Position numbers and translations under genes: made by a program. Below are positions 16,009-24,255 of a DNA stretch of 26,173 bases, piece after piece. Source of the DNA: Myxococcaceae bacterium (GTDB lineage: Bacteria; Myxococcota; Myxococcia; Myxococcales; Myxococcaceae); assembly GCA_044223505.1 (NCBI GenBank), contig JBGALX010000012.1:1-26173 (forward strand), in the 5' to 3' direction. Under the pieces are notes generated by a model, which did no database searches, was not told the origin of the DNA, and worked only from the letters and a program-made list of their open reading frames with translations. Each line of letters opens with the position of its first letter. The stretch's first letter is position 1.

Positions 16009-18573
16009 TCATGGAAACGGGACCTCGGCGAACACGACCCGCGGAGGCGTCACGGCCTCCACCGCGAGCAGCCAGGTTCCGCTCGGGCGCGGCAGGCTCA
16101 AGCCCGCGGTCTGAAGGGTCGGCTCGGGAATCACGAACAGCTGATCATTCGTGTACGTCATGAAGCCGCTCTCGCCGCTGAACGCGTGCGCCGCCATCCA
16201 CGCGCGGACGCCGAGGAAGCTGCCGTTCACGCGCAGCTGGCTCAGGTTGCGAACCTCGTCCTTCGCGGCGTCGAGCACGAACGTGCCCTTGAAGCCGGCC
16301 AGGTTGTTCTCCGAGATGGCGCCCCAGCGGCCCGGCTTGCCGACGCCCTCGCTCGCGCCCGAGGCCGTCACCCCGGCCTGTCCCGGGTACGGCAGGTCGA
16401 GCGTGCGCACCGACGCATCGGCGACGACTCCGGCCCGCGTCATGTCCGACGAGCGGCCCCAGTGCGCGAACGGCCCGATGATGGCGCCGCTGCCCACGAC
16501 GTAGTTCGGGTCGGAGGTCAGCGTGCCCTGCCGCACCTCGACGCGCCGGCCCGCGCCGGGAGCGTTGTCGAACGCGACGATGCGGTTCGCGCTGATCCAC
16601 TGCGGGTTCACGCTCGCCGCGAACGTCGCCAGCGGCAGCACCGTGCCCGTCGCCGGCACGGCCTCCTCGCGCAGGTTGACGTTGCCCGGCGGGCCCGACA
16701 GGTAGAACACGCGCGTGCCGGTCTCGTTGAAGTCGAGCCGGTTCGTGCTCGCCGGCAGGTCGACGAACGAGCCGTCGCTCAGCTTCACCAGCCGCTGCAG
16801 CGCCGTCGTGTAGAACGGCGCGTAGTCGGCGCTGCTCTCCATCTGCGAGGTCGAGAAGAAGAAGTCGCTGAACGAGCTGTACGGCCCGCCCTGCAGCGTG
16901 ACCGCCTGCGTCGCGTTCGGCGGCAGGAACTTCACGGTGCAGCCCGTGCCCATCGTGCAGCCCGTGTACACGTACGGAATCGGAGAGAGGATCGAGGTGT
17001 CGACGTTCGTGAACACCAGGTGCTCGGTCGTCGGAGTCACGAGCGTCTGCTCCCGAGTCACGGTGTTGATGACGAGCCACCGGTCGCGCGTGAGCTTCAC
17101 CACCGCGTTGCCACCGAAGTCGCGTCGCGTCGCTGGCGCGAGCGTGTAGCGCATGAGGCCATTCACGTCGGCGTTGAAGTAGACGGTCTCGTCGGTCGAG
17201 AAGTCGTGCACGCTCGGGACCCGCGCGAACGACGTCTGCGCGCCGGTGCTCGTGTTGATGAGGTACGTGGCGCCTCCGGCGACGTACGCGAGGTGCTGCC
17301 CCGTGCGGCTCAAGATGCTGCCCTGCGCCGGAGTGCTCGAGCCCGTGTGGTACAGCCGCCGCGACAGCGTCTTGCTGTTCGCGAGCCACCACCACTGCGG
17401 AGCGCCGCCGGCGTTGTTCGTCTCGAAGAGGAACCAGTCGCCCTCGGAGGGCGCGGTGATGCCCGCGAAGCCGACTCCGCCGATGAGCGGGTCATCGGGG
17501 AAGCGGCGCCACAGCGTCATGTGCGCGGGCCGCAGCGTCTGCGTGGTGCCCTCCTTCACGGTGACGTGCCCGAGCGTGAGCCGCGGGTAGCTCGGCGCCT
17601 CGGCGACGATGTCCCACTCGCCGGCGGGCACGTCGAGGCTGTACTGCCCGAGCGACGAGACGCCCGTCGACACGTTCGAGCCGAGCGCCGAGACGGTGAT
17701 GAGCTCGGGCGTGCCCGAGTGGAAGAACGTGACGCCGCCGGTCACCGTGCCGGTCGGAGGCGTCGCGCGGGTCAGCGTGAGCGTCACCAACGGGTTCGCT
17801 CCGCGTGCGACCGTGACGTCGGCCTTCGCGCTGAGCGTGACCGCGCCCGGGCGGCTCGCGACGACCGAGCGCAGGCCCGCGGGCACGTCGACGAGCTCGA
17901 AGGCTCCGGCGCCGTCGCTCGTCGCGCGCACCGAGGTGCCCGGCACGGTCACGTCGACTCCCGCGACGGGCATCATCGTCGAGTCCTTCACCGTGCCGGT
18001 GAGCCTGCCGGTCGCGGTGAACGCGAGGTCGGGCAGCATCACGCTCGCGGTCGGGCCGTCGAGCGTGAACGTCACCGAGTGCCGGCGCTCCCGCGTGTCC
18101 GCGGCCTCGACCGTGAGCACGAACGCGCCCGAGGGCAGGTTCTCGATCGCGAACGCGCCCATGGCGTCGGTCACCGTGCTTCGAGCGACGGCGCCGGCGA
18201 TCGAGACCGGCAGGCCCGCGGCCGCGCTCATGTCGCTGAAGACGACCTTTCCGCTCACCTTGCCCTTCGCGAGCTTGAACGCGAGGGCGGGCTCCTTGTC
18301 GGCGGCGGAAGCCTCGACGTGAACGACGGCCTCTTGCGTGGGAGCCTCGGCGGCGCTCACCGTCGCGCGCACGACGTACCAGCCGTCGCGCAGGCCCTCG
18401 AGCGTGAAGCTGCCGCTCTCGTCGGTGGCCGTCGCCGTCGGAGTCGGGCCGAGCGCTTCGACGGCGATGCCCGAGGCCTGGCCTCCTTCGACCGAGATGC
18501 GTCCGGTGATCTTCCCGGTGCCGCCCGAGCCGCAGGCGACGAGAAGGAACGACGCGACGCACAGAGCACGCAT
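16009..18573 (-). CDS. large lipoprotein: about 5 tandem CarboxypepD_reg-like (Ig-fold) domains followed by a beta-rich, possibly propeller, C-terminal region
   Basis: Lipobox MRALCVASFLLVACGSG. Repeated pattern G(K/R)ISGxV...TDxxGxFxLxxLxxGxYVL, about 80 aa, seen five times. High GC3. Confidence 0.75.
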   Translation of the reverse strand: MRALCVASFLLVACGSGGTGKITGRISVEGGQASGIAVEALGPTPTATATDESGSFTLEGLRDGWYVVRATVSAAEAPTQEAVVHVEASAADKEPALAFKLAKGKVSGKVVFSDMSAAAGLPVSIAGAVARSTVTDAMGAFAIENLPSGAFVLTVEAADTRERRHSVTFTLDGPTASVMLPDLAFTATGRLTGTVKDSTMMPVAGVDVTVPGTSVRATSDGAGAFELVDVPAGLRSVVASRPGAVTLSAKADVTVARGANPLVTLTLTRATPPTGTVTGGVTFFHSGTPELITVSALGSNVSTGVSSLGQYSLDVPAGEWDIVAEAPSYPRLTLGHVTVKEGTTQTLRPAHMTLWRRFPDDPLIGGVGFAGITAPSEGDWFLFETNNAGGAPQWWWLANSKTLSRRLYHTGSSTPAQGSILSRTGQHLAYVAGGATYLINTSTGAQTSFARVPSVHDFSTDETVYFNADVNGLMRYTLAPATRRDFGGNAVVKLTRDRWLVINTVTREQTLVTPTTEHLVFTNVDTSILSPIPYVYTGCTMGTGCTVKFLPPNATQAVTLQGGPYSSFSDFFFSTSQMESSADYAPFYTTALQRLVKLSDGSFVDLPASTNRLDFNETGTRVFYLSGPPGNVNLREEAVPATGTVLPLATFAASVNPQWISANRIVAFDNAPGAGRRVEVRQGTLTSDPNYVVGSGAIIGPFAHWGRSSDMTRAGVVADASVRTLDLPYPGQAGVTASGASEGVGKPGRWGAISENNLAGFKGTFVLDAAKDEVRNLSQLRVNGSFLGVRAWMAAHAFSGESGFMTYTNDQLFVIPEPTLQTAGLSLPRPSGTWLLAVEAVTPPRVVFAEVPFP

Positions 18574-18670
18574 GACTGCCCCCTTCGGTGCGCGAACGGT
18601 AGCAGATGGCCCCGGGGGATGGTCTGTTGCGCGCCGAGGCCGCGTTCCACTCCGAACCGCTTCTGAGCGG

Positions 18671-19552
18671 CTATTCCTGCGCCCAGCCGGTGATGGGCTG
18701 CGGCGCTGTGCTGGTGCCGCCGAAGTAGAAGCCGGCGGCCCACTTGAGGCTGCTCGTCGAGCTCGAGCAGCGTCGGGGGAAGGTGGCGCTGACGTCGAGC
18801 GCTCGCGGGCCGACCGTTCCGGTGACGTGGAAGCGGTACTCGGTCGTCGTGATGGTGAGCTCGTACTGCAGCGGGACCTCGGCGCGCAGCTCGCTCTCGT
18901 CGAGCGTGAAGAGCCCCGCCGCCGGGTACAGGTGCGTGCCGCCGTTGTTCGCGTACTGCGCGACCTCGAGCACCGGAGGCGTGAGGTCGGGCCGCCAGCG
19001 CCAGCCGAACATCAGCCCGTCGGCCGAGAGGTCGAGCTGCCCGCAGTCCGAGAGGCCGGGCAGCTTGTTCCAGTCGAGCTGGTCGTCGGGCTGCACCGGG
19101 TTCGTGAGCACGTACATCGCGCTCGCGTCGAAGATGAACCGGTAGGTTCGCGCGCTCACCGTCACGAGGCCCGCGAGCGGCAGCCGCGCCGCGCCGTTCT
19201 GCGTGACGGTCGCCGCGTGAGCCCCGACAGAGAGCGTGTACTTCGCCCAGCCAGGGTGGCCCGGGACCGAGGTGCCGGCGTCGGTGACGGTGCCGGCGTC
19301 GAGGCCTGCGTCGGTGACGGTGCCGGCGTCGAGGCCCGCGTCGGTGACGGTGCCGGCGTCGAAGCCTGCGTCGTTCACCGGCTCGGCGCCCGCATCCGTG
19401 CCCGCATCGTCGTGGGCGTCGCGGCCCGCGTCTGCGAGCACCGCGCCTGAGTCGAGCGCCGGCGCAGCGGCACCGGCGTCGGGAGCGCCCGGGCTGCCGC
19501 ACGCGGCCGCCATCAGGGTCCCCGCGAGCATCGCCGTCGCCGAGCGCTTCAT
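18671..19552 (-). CDS. lipoprotein with D-A-G-(T/L) repeat linker and an unknown C-terminal domain
   Basis: The ATG at 19552 is residue 34 of ORF 18671..19651: MKRSATAMLAGTLMAAACGS (lipobox). Linker DAGFDAGTVTDAGLDAGTVTDAGLDAGTVTDAG. A hairpin CCGCT-CAGA-AGCGG follows the stop. Confidence 0.7.
   Translation of the reverse strand: MKRSATAMLAGTLMAAACGSPGAPDAGAAAPALDSGAVLADAGRDAHDDAGTDAGAEPVNDAGFDAGTVTDAGLDAGTVTDAGLDAGTVTDAGTSVPGHPGWAKYTLSVGAHAATVTQNGAARLPLAGLVTVSARTYRFIFDASAMYVLTNPVQPDDQLDWNKLPGLSDCGQLDLSADGLMFGWRWRPDLTPPVLEVAQYANNGGTHLYPAAGLFTLDESELRAEVPLQYELTITTTEYRFHVTGTVGPRALDVSATFPRRCSSSTSSLKWAAGFYFGGTSTAPQPITGWAQE
19271..19380. repeat. 30-bp tandem repeat (about 3.5 copies of CGGTGACGGTGCCGGCGTCGAGGCCTGCGT) inside the lipoprotein CDS
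   Basis: Direct tandem copies visible at 19281-19370 with 1-2 substitutions per copy. They encode (DAGTVTDAGL) three times. The repeat is in frame, so copy-number change would alter linker length only. Confidence 0.7.
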
Positions 19553-19676
19553 CGAGACGCGGTTTACGACGCAAACCTCTGCGAAATCAATTCGAGGCGA
19601 CCGTTCAGGCGGCGTCTGCGACCGCTCGCGGCGAACTTGGGGGGCGCCCATCGCAGCCGAGCGTCATCCTCGCGGC

Positions 19677-20672
19677 ATGCGCAAACTGAAGGTGGTGGCC
19701 CTGGTGATCGCGGCGCGGCTCGTCTGCTGCTCGACGCTCGCGACGGTCGACGACTCGAGCTCGCGCTTCGCCAACGTGATGAGCGAGCTGAGGTCGACGA
19801 CGCCGGGAGACGGGCTCATCGCGGCGGAGTGGTACCTCGTCTCGCTGTCGATGGCGGGCATCGCTGCGAAGAACCTGGGGCGGCCCGACGAGCTGCGCTG
19901 GCTCACGCGCCGCGCGCTCGACGCCGACGTGCGGGCGTTCGACACGCGCGCGTGGAAGAGCGACGCGCTGCTGACGCTCGATGGGGCAGAAGGGCACGCG
20001 GGCTATCTCGGGCACGTGGGGCTGCTGCTCGCGCTCGAGTGCAGCCCCGAGAACGTCGCGGTGCGGCAGCGGGTGCTCGGCGCGCTGGCCCGGCGGTACG
20101 CGGCGGCGCCCGACGCGTTGCTCGAGACGTACCCGGGCATGAAGTGGATTCCAGACAACGCGGTGACGCTGGCCGCCGTCGCCGAGGGAGCGCGCTGCGA
20201 CGGCCGCGACGTGCCCACGCGAGCGTGGCTCGAGCGCTGGCCGCGAGACGCGAAGACGGGGCTGCTCGAGTTCACTCCGCGCAGTGGGCCGCGGGCTTCG
20301 GGGGCCGGCTGGAACTCGTACTACCTGTACCGGGTCGACGCAGCGGTGGCGCGCGCGCAGTACGAGGCGGCCGAGCGCGTGTTTCTCTTCGACGCGGTGC
20401 CCGGGCTCGCGGCCTGGCGGGAGTACCCGGCCGGCGTGAAGGGCTCGGGCGACGTCGACTCCGGGCCGCTGGTGTTCGGGCTGTCGCCGTCGGGCACCGG
20501 CTTCGCGCTCGCGGGCGCGACGCTGTACGGCTCGAAGGCGCGGGGCGGCATGCTGCGCACGGCCGAGGCCGCCGGCGTCACGGTGCCTTGGGGCGGGCTG
20601 CACTACCTGCTGTCGCCGCTCGTGGGGCAGGCCGCGGTGCTGGCGGCCAAGACGCTGGCGCAAGGCGCGTGA
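19677..20672 (+). CDS. hypothetical protein with N-terminal signal or anchor (MRKLKVVALVIAARLVCCSTLA)
   Basis: The ATG at 19677 is residue 148 of ORF 19236..20672; the upstream part is the antisense of the DAG repeats. High GC3, notably G-ending. No domain recognised. Confidence 0.65.
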   Translation: MRKLKVVALVIAARLVCCSTLATVDDSSSRFANVMSELRSTTPGDGLIAAEWYLVSLSMAGIAAKNLGRPDELRWLTRRALDADVRAFDTRAWKSDALLTLDGAEGHAGYLGHVGLLLALECSPENVAVRQRVLGALARRYAAAPDALLETYPGMKWIPDNAVTLAAVAEGARCDGRDVPTRAWLERWPRDAKTGLLEFTPRSGPRASGAGWNSYYLYRVDAAVARAQYEAAERVFLFDAVPGLAAWREYPAGVKGSGDVDSGPLVFGLSPSGTGFALAGATLYGSKARGGMLRTAEAAGVTVPWGGLHYLLSPLVGQAAVLAAKTLAQGA

Positions 20673-20761
20673 CCTGCGGCGCAGATTCTCATCTCCAGAG
20701 AAGTGCGGCGCGGTCGCGCAGCGCTGTTCGACTGTGAGCCAGAGTGTCCCGACTCAGAGCG

Positions 20762-21592
20762 TCACTGTTCGTTGAGAGGACAGCTCGATGGATCCGGGAG
20801 GAGACTCCCCTGGGTGGTGGTGAGCAGGTGAGCAGGTGAGGTGGTGACCGGGCTCCGCAGGCTCGCGGCGGGAGAAGAAATTCTTCCACCGCCCTGAGCC
20901 TTCGAGCCCCCGGTGAGCAGGTGACGCGGTGAGGTCACCAGGGGTCGAATGAGCGTCGACTGAGAGTCGCATCGCGCGGCAGCGGCCATCGAGCCCCCGG
21001 TGAGCAGGTGACGCGGTGAGCAGGTCACCAGGGGTCGAATGAGCGTCGGCTGAGAGTCGCATGGCGCGGCAGCGGCCATCGAGCCCCCGGTGAGCAGGTG
21101 ACGCGGTGAGCAGGTCACCAGGGGTCGAATGAGCGTCGGCTGAGAGTCGCATCGCGCGGCAGCGGCCATCGAGCCCCCGGTGAGCTGGTGACGCGGTGAG
21201 CAGGTCACCAGGGGTCGAACGAGCGTCGGCTGAGAGTCGCATTGCGCGGCAGCGGCCATCGAGCCCCCGGTGAGCAGGTGACGCGGTGAGCGGGTGACTG
21301 GGGCTCTGCGTAGCTCGGGGGTTCGAGAAGAGAGTCTTCCACGGCTTGGATCCTCTCCCCGGGGTTGTGTCAGGGAGCTCGTCTCATCACCCGTGCCGGT
21401 ACAACCACACCTCCGCGGGTTCGAGGCGAGGAACATCACGGCGCCCTTGCAGTGCAGCGGAATCGCGCGGCACCTGCGCCGCCGCTTGAACTCACGCACC
21501 ACTACCAGAAGGCAGCCGGAACACGTTCCCCGAGTGCGGCACGGCGAGAAGTCGCCGCTCTCCGGGTCCACCGTGAGGATCCGGAACTTCAC
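20762..21592 (-). CDS. questionable ORF: GTG-initiated Cys-rich N-terminal segment of about 60 aa that continues without a stop through the 90-bp array
   Basis: GC3 is about 88% over the first 57 codons (VKFRILTVDPESGDFSPCRTRGTCSGCLLVVVREFKRRRRCRAIPLHCKGAVMFLASNPRR), then falls to about 55-80%. Both alternative frames hit stops within 12-17 codons after codon 60. All 5 inter-copy substitutions in the array are nonsynonymous in this frame. Confidence 0.2.
   Translation of the reverse strand: MKFRILTVDPESGDFSPCRTRGTCSGCLLVVVREFKRRRRCRAIPLHCKGAVMFLASNPRRCGCTGTGDETSSLTQPRGEDPSRGRLSSRTPELRRAPVTRSPRHLLTGGSMAAAAQCDSQPTLVRPLVTCSPRHQLTGGSMAAAARCDSQPTLIRPLVTCSPRHLLTGGSMAAAAPCDSQPTLIRPLVTCSPRHLLTGGSMAAAARCDSQSTLIRPLVTSPRHLLTGGSKAQGGGRISSPAASLRSPVTTSPAHLLTTTQGSLLPDPSSCPLNEQ
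20904..21300. repeat. 90-bp tandem array, about 4.4 copies (87, 90, 90, 90 and about 40 bp); unit GAGCCCCCGGTGAGCAGGTGACGCGGTGAGCAGGTCACCAGGGGTCGAATGAGCGTCGGCTGAGAGTCGCATCGCGCGGCAGCGGCCATC
   Basis: Unit starts at 20904, 20991, 21081, 21171 and 21261. Five substitutions and one 3-bp indel separate the copies. Each unit holds the internal dyad GGTGAC-N11-GTCACC and a direct 11-mer GGTGAGCAGGT occurring twice. All three plus-strand frames contain stops in every unit. Confidence 0.85.
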
Positions 21593-21798
21593 CGGCCCGC
21601 CCCGCCGGCAGTCGCAGCACCACCGGCCGTCGAACCTCCCGCAACTGTCCCGCTAGCGCTCGCGCGCCAGCAGCGACAGTGCCCGAGTCGCCCAGAACGC
21701 AGAGCGCGAGCAACACCCACGCATTTCGCACGCGCGCGAGCTGTACGAGCCGCGCCCTCGCCCACGCGGGGTCAGGGGCCACAGCCCCCTCTCACACC

Positions 21799-22941
21799 TC
21801 AGACCACGACGGCGTCGTAGCTGAACAGGTGCGGGTGACCATCGAGGCTGTACGGGTTCAGCCGCGCGTCGTTCTTCGGAATCACGGCGCCGGCGCCGTC
21901 ACGCCACTCCTCGACGCGGCGGCCGCTCAAGCCGGCGGGCGCGTTCATCGGCGGCAGGTCGAGCTTCGGCAGCTGCACGCGCACGTTGCGGACCATGGCG
22001 CCGATGGGGTCGAAGACCTGCACCCAAACGCTCGTGGCTCCGTCGAACAGCGTCGGCTCGGCGAACGCGCGCTGGCTCCCGCCGTTGCCGTCGATGACGG
22101 CCTCCTGGTTGAAGCGCCCGTCACCGGCCGTCGCCACGCTCTTCACGAACACCTTGTAGCCGACGGGCGCCTCGACGTTGATGGCCCGCTCGGCGACGTC
22201 GGGGTTCCACCGGTAGTGCCGGCCGTCGTCGGGGTACGACCGCCCCGTGTGGAAGCCGATGCGCGTGTCGACCGAGACCTTCACTCCGCTCACGTCGACG
22301 ATGCTGCGCTTCTGCACGTTCGGCGGCAGCACCCCCACCACCTTCTCCGTGTAGAGGTCGTCGTGGAACATCGCCTGAAGCTGCTCGAGCTGCGCCTTCG
22401 TCTGGCCCGTGAACGCGCCGACGTTCGCCGGCGACAGCGCCCACTGAATGTCCTCGCGCGAGATGGTCGTCGCGTCGGCGTCGGAGTTCTTCACCAGCTG
22501 AACGCGCTGCGCCGCCAGCCGCAGCTCGGGCGTCGCGAGCGGCGCGATGGGCAGCGTCGTCACCGCGGGGCTCGTCAGCGTGCGCTCGAGCTTGTACGCG
22601 AGCGTCTCGAGCGGAGCGAGCGCCGCCGGCGTCGCGTCGGGAATCTCGAACAGCTTGTGCACCGCCGGCACCGCGGCCGCCTCGTTCGGGAACAGCACCG
22701 CCCGGTTCGCCGGCTTGTCGAGGCGGTCGAGCTCGTACAGCTTCAGCACTCCGTCGACCGCCGTCGCGCCCGGCAGCGAGCCCACCGGGTCGAGCACCTC
22801 GTCGCCGCGCTTCGCCGCGGTCAGCGTGTCGCCGCCGATGCCGAGCCTGGCCAGGTTCTGCAGGTTGCGGTCGGACACGTAGAACTTCGACGCGTCGCGG
22901 TGCGGGGAAACGGGAGCGTTGCCTCGAACGGTCGTGGTCAT
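21799..22941 (-). CDS. hypothetical protein (no signal peptide, no domain recognised)
   Basis: The ATG at 22941 is residue 17 of ORF 21799..22989 (start alternatives 22941 or 22989). It overlaps spurious plus and minus ORFs with low-complexity translations. Confidence 0.6.
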   Translation of the reverse strand: MTTTVRGNAPVSPHRDASKFYVSDRNLQNLARLGIGGDTLTAAKRGDEVLDPVGSLPGATAVDGVLKLYELDRLDKPANRAVLFPNEAAAVPAVHKLFEIPDATPAALAPLETLAYKLERTLTSPAVTTLPIAPLATPELRLAAQRVQLVKNSDADATTISREDIQWALSPANVGAFTGQTKAQLEQLQAMFHDDLYTEKVVGVLPPNVQKRSIVDVSGVKVSVDTRIGFHTGRSYPDDGRHYRWNPDVAERAINVEAPVGYKVFVKSVATAGDGRFNQEAVIDGNGGSQRAFAEPTLFDGATSVWVQVFDPIGAMVRNVRVQLPKLDLPPMNAPAGLSGRRVEEWRDGAGAVIPKNDARLNPYSLDGHPHLFSYDAVVV

Positions 22942-22994
22942 GCGGGAGTTTTCGCGCCGGGCGACCGCCGCTCCCGCGAATCGCCCCAAAGTGG

Positions 22995-23004
22995 GACATA
23001 TGTC
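22995..23004. promoter_or_regulatory. perfect 10-bp palindrome GACATATGTC (AT-centred) 55-65 bp upstream of the 22941 start
   Basis: Read directly from the sequence. An AT-containing perfect dyad is unusual in this GC background, so it is a candidate operator site. Confidence 0.25.
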
Positions 23005-23095
23005 TCAGAGGCGAACGACGACGCCCAGCGTGCCCGCTCAGCGCGAGCGCGCCCGCGACGTCGCTTTCCGGCTCACCGGTTTCACGCGCGCTCTC

Positions 23096-24193
23096 TCAGG
23101 GCGCGGGGCTGACCACCCCGTCGAGCACCGCCGGCTTCGCGCTCACGATGCGAATGCGCCCCGGCGCGCCGCCACCGCCACCGCCCGCACCGTTGCCGTT
23201 CGGGGCCGCGACCGCCGCGCCCTGCAGCGAGCCGCCGCTGCCGCCGACCGTCGAGCCGCAGTCGGCCGAGAGCCCACCGCGCGCCGGCGCCGCCGCGAGC
23301 GTGCCGTCTTCCCCCGGCAGGCCGTCGGAGCTGAAGCCGCCGCACGCCGTCGTGCCGCTGCCGCCGCCGCCGCCGTTCGCCGCGAGCACGCCGCGCACCT
23401 GCACCTCGTTCGCCTGCAGGAAGATGGCGCCGCCCGAGCCGCCGCCGCTGCCCGCTGCGGCCGTGTTGCAGATTTTTCCGCCGGTGCCGCCGCCTCCGCC
23501 CGCGTTGACGCCGCCGCTGTCGCCGACGCGAATCGCTCCGGCGGCGAAGAGCTGCACCGCGCCTCCGCCCGCGCCGCCCGGCTGCGGAGCGCAGAGGCGG
23601 AAGCCCCCGACGCCGCCCTTCGAGCCGCCGCTCAACACGCTGAGCTCGGCGTCGCCGTAGGTCGCGCCGCCCTGGCCGTTCGCTCCCGAGGCGTTGCTGC
23701 CCGCGGCGCCCGCCGCCGAGTGACCCGCACCTCCGCCGCCCGCCGACTCGTCGGTCGCGAGCCCGTCGGAGCCCGCGCCGCGGTTCGTGGCCGCTCCCGC
23801 GCCGGGGACGTCGCGCTTGCCGGAGGCGTCGAGCACTCCGCCGAGCTCGATGTCGGTCGCCGCGACGACGACGAGCGGGCGCGTGCCGATGACTCGCACC
23901 GCGCTGCCCGCAGCCACGGTGAGCCCGCGCACGTGCAGCACCGCGAGCTCGGGCCCGAACGGCTCGTGCGGCCGCACGTCGAAGGTCACGCCTGAAGGCA
24001 GCGCCATGCCGCGAACCTCGGGCACCGTCGTGTCGACGACCACCGTGCCGAGCGACAAGTCTGCCGTGCCCGCGAACTGCGCGTCGACCGGCAGGTGCGG
24101 CACCGCGATGCTCCCGCCGAGGCGAGAGAGCGACTCCCAGTCGAGGCAGCCCGTCAGCAGCAGCGCCGCGGCCATGAACTCTCGCGCCCTCAT
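23096..24193 (-). CDS. glycine-rich lipoprotein (possible beta-helix or Gly-rich repeat protein)
   Basis: The ATG at 24193 is residue 19 of ORF 23096..24247: MRAREFMAAALLLTGC (lipobox). It has long GGxGGxG runs. The overlapping 646-aa ORF 23082..25022 is an R/G low-complexity artefact. Confidence 0.65.
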   Translation of the reverse strand: MRAREFMAAALLLTGCLDWESLSRLGGSIAVPHLPVDAQFAGTADLSLGTVVVDTTVPEVRGMALPSGVTFDVRPHEPFGPELAVLHVRGLTVAAGSAVRVIGTRPLVVVAATDIELGGVLDASGKRDVPGAGAATNRGAGSDGLATDESAGGGGAGHSAAGAAGSNASGANGQGGATYGDAELSVLSGGSKGGVGGFRLCAPQPGGAGGGAVQLFAAGAIRVGDSGGVNAGGGGGTGGKICNTAAAGSGGGSGGAIFLQANEVQVRGVLAANGGGGGSGTTACGGFSSDGLPGEDGTLAAAPARGGLSADCGSTVGGSGGSLQGAAVAAPNGNGAGGGGGGAPGRIRIVSAKPAVLDGVVSPAP

Positions 24194-24255
24194 CGCGGCC
24201 CTCTCGATGAGCATCGCCGCGAGTGCACAGGCGGCGCAGTGTGCCACGCCGGCTC
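24171..24255. repeat. copy 1 of a duplicated 85-bp segment (88% identical to 25179-25263)
   Basis: On the plus strand it would read MNSRALIAALSMSIAASAQAAQCATP, a signal-peptide-like sequence. Here it overlaps the start and upstream region of the minus-strand lipoprotein gene. Confidence 0.5.

Noticed and set aside
13502-18666. ORFs 13502..15994 (plus), 16186..18666 (plus), 16145..17395 (minus, off-frame), 17492..18562 (minus, off-frame) and 18357..19574 (minus)
   Set aside because: Antisense or off-frame shadows of the VWA, large lipoprotein and DAG-lipoprotein genes. Arginine-rich nonsense translations.
19605-20737. ORFs 19605..20663 (minus) and 19637..20737 (plus, off-frame)
   Set aside because: Shadows of gene 19677..20672, which has the correct GC3 pattern. 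Translations are R/G-rich.
20940-20960. tRNA-like T-loop resemblance (GGGGTCGAATGAG) in each 90-bp unit and GGTTCGAG at about 21320
   Set aside because: No flanking acceptor, D or anticodon stems can be drawn. This is an isolated motif resemblance only.
20754-21242. 162-aa ORF (MRLSADAHSTPGDLLTASPAHRGLDGRCRAM repeated four times) inside the array as a real repeat protein
   Set aside because: It is simply the translation of the tandem DNA unit. GC3 is only about 67%, below the genome norm, and the ATG is merely the one present in each unit. Three of five substitutions are synonymous in this frame, which is weak evidence, so it is kept only as a caveat.
20904-21300. CRISPR array interpretation of the 90-bp tandem repeats
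   Set aside because: Whole 90-bp units are near-identical to one another. There are no unique spacer segments between short repeats, no cas genes nearby, and the period is too long for a repeat-plus-spacer unit with identical spacers.
21294-23112. Plus-strand ORFs 21294..21656 and 21365..21820 in the gene-free island, and 21679..23112 and 22121..22999 over gene 21799..22941
   Set aside because: No coding-like GC3. P/R/A low-complexity translations. The island ORFs overlap the antisense of the better-supported Cys-rich mini-ORF.
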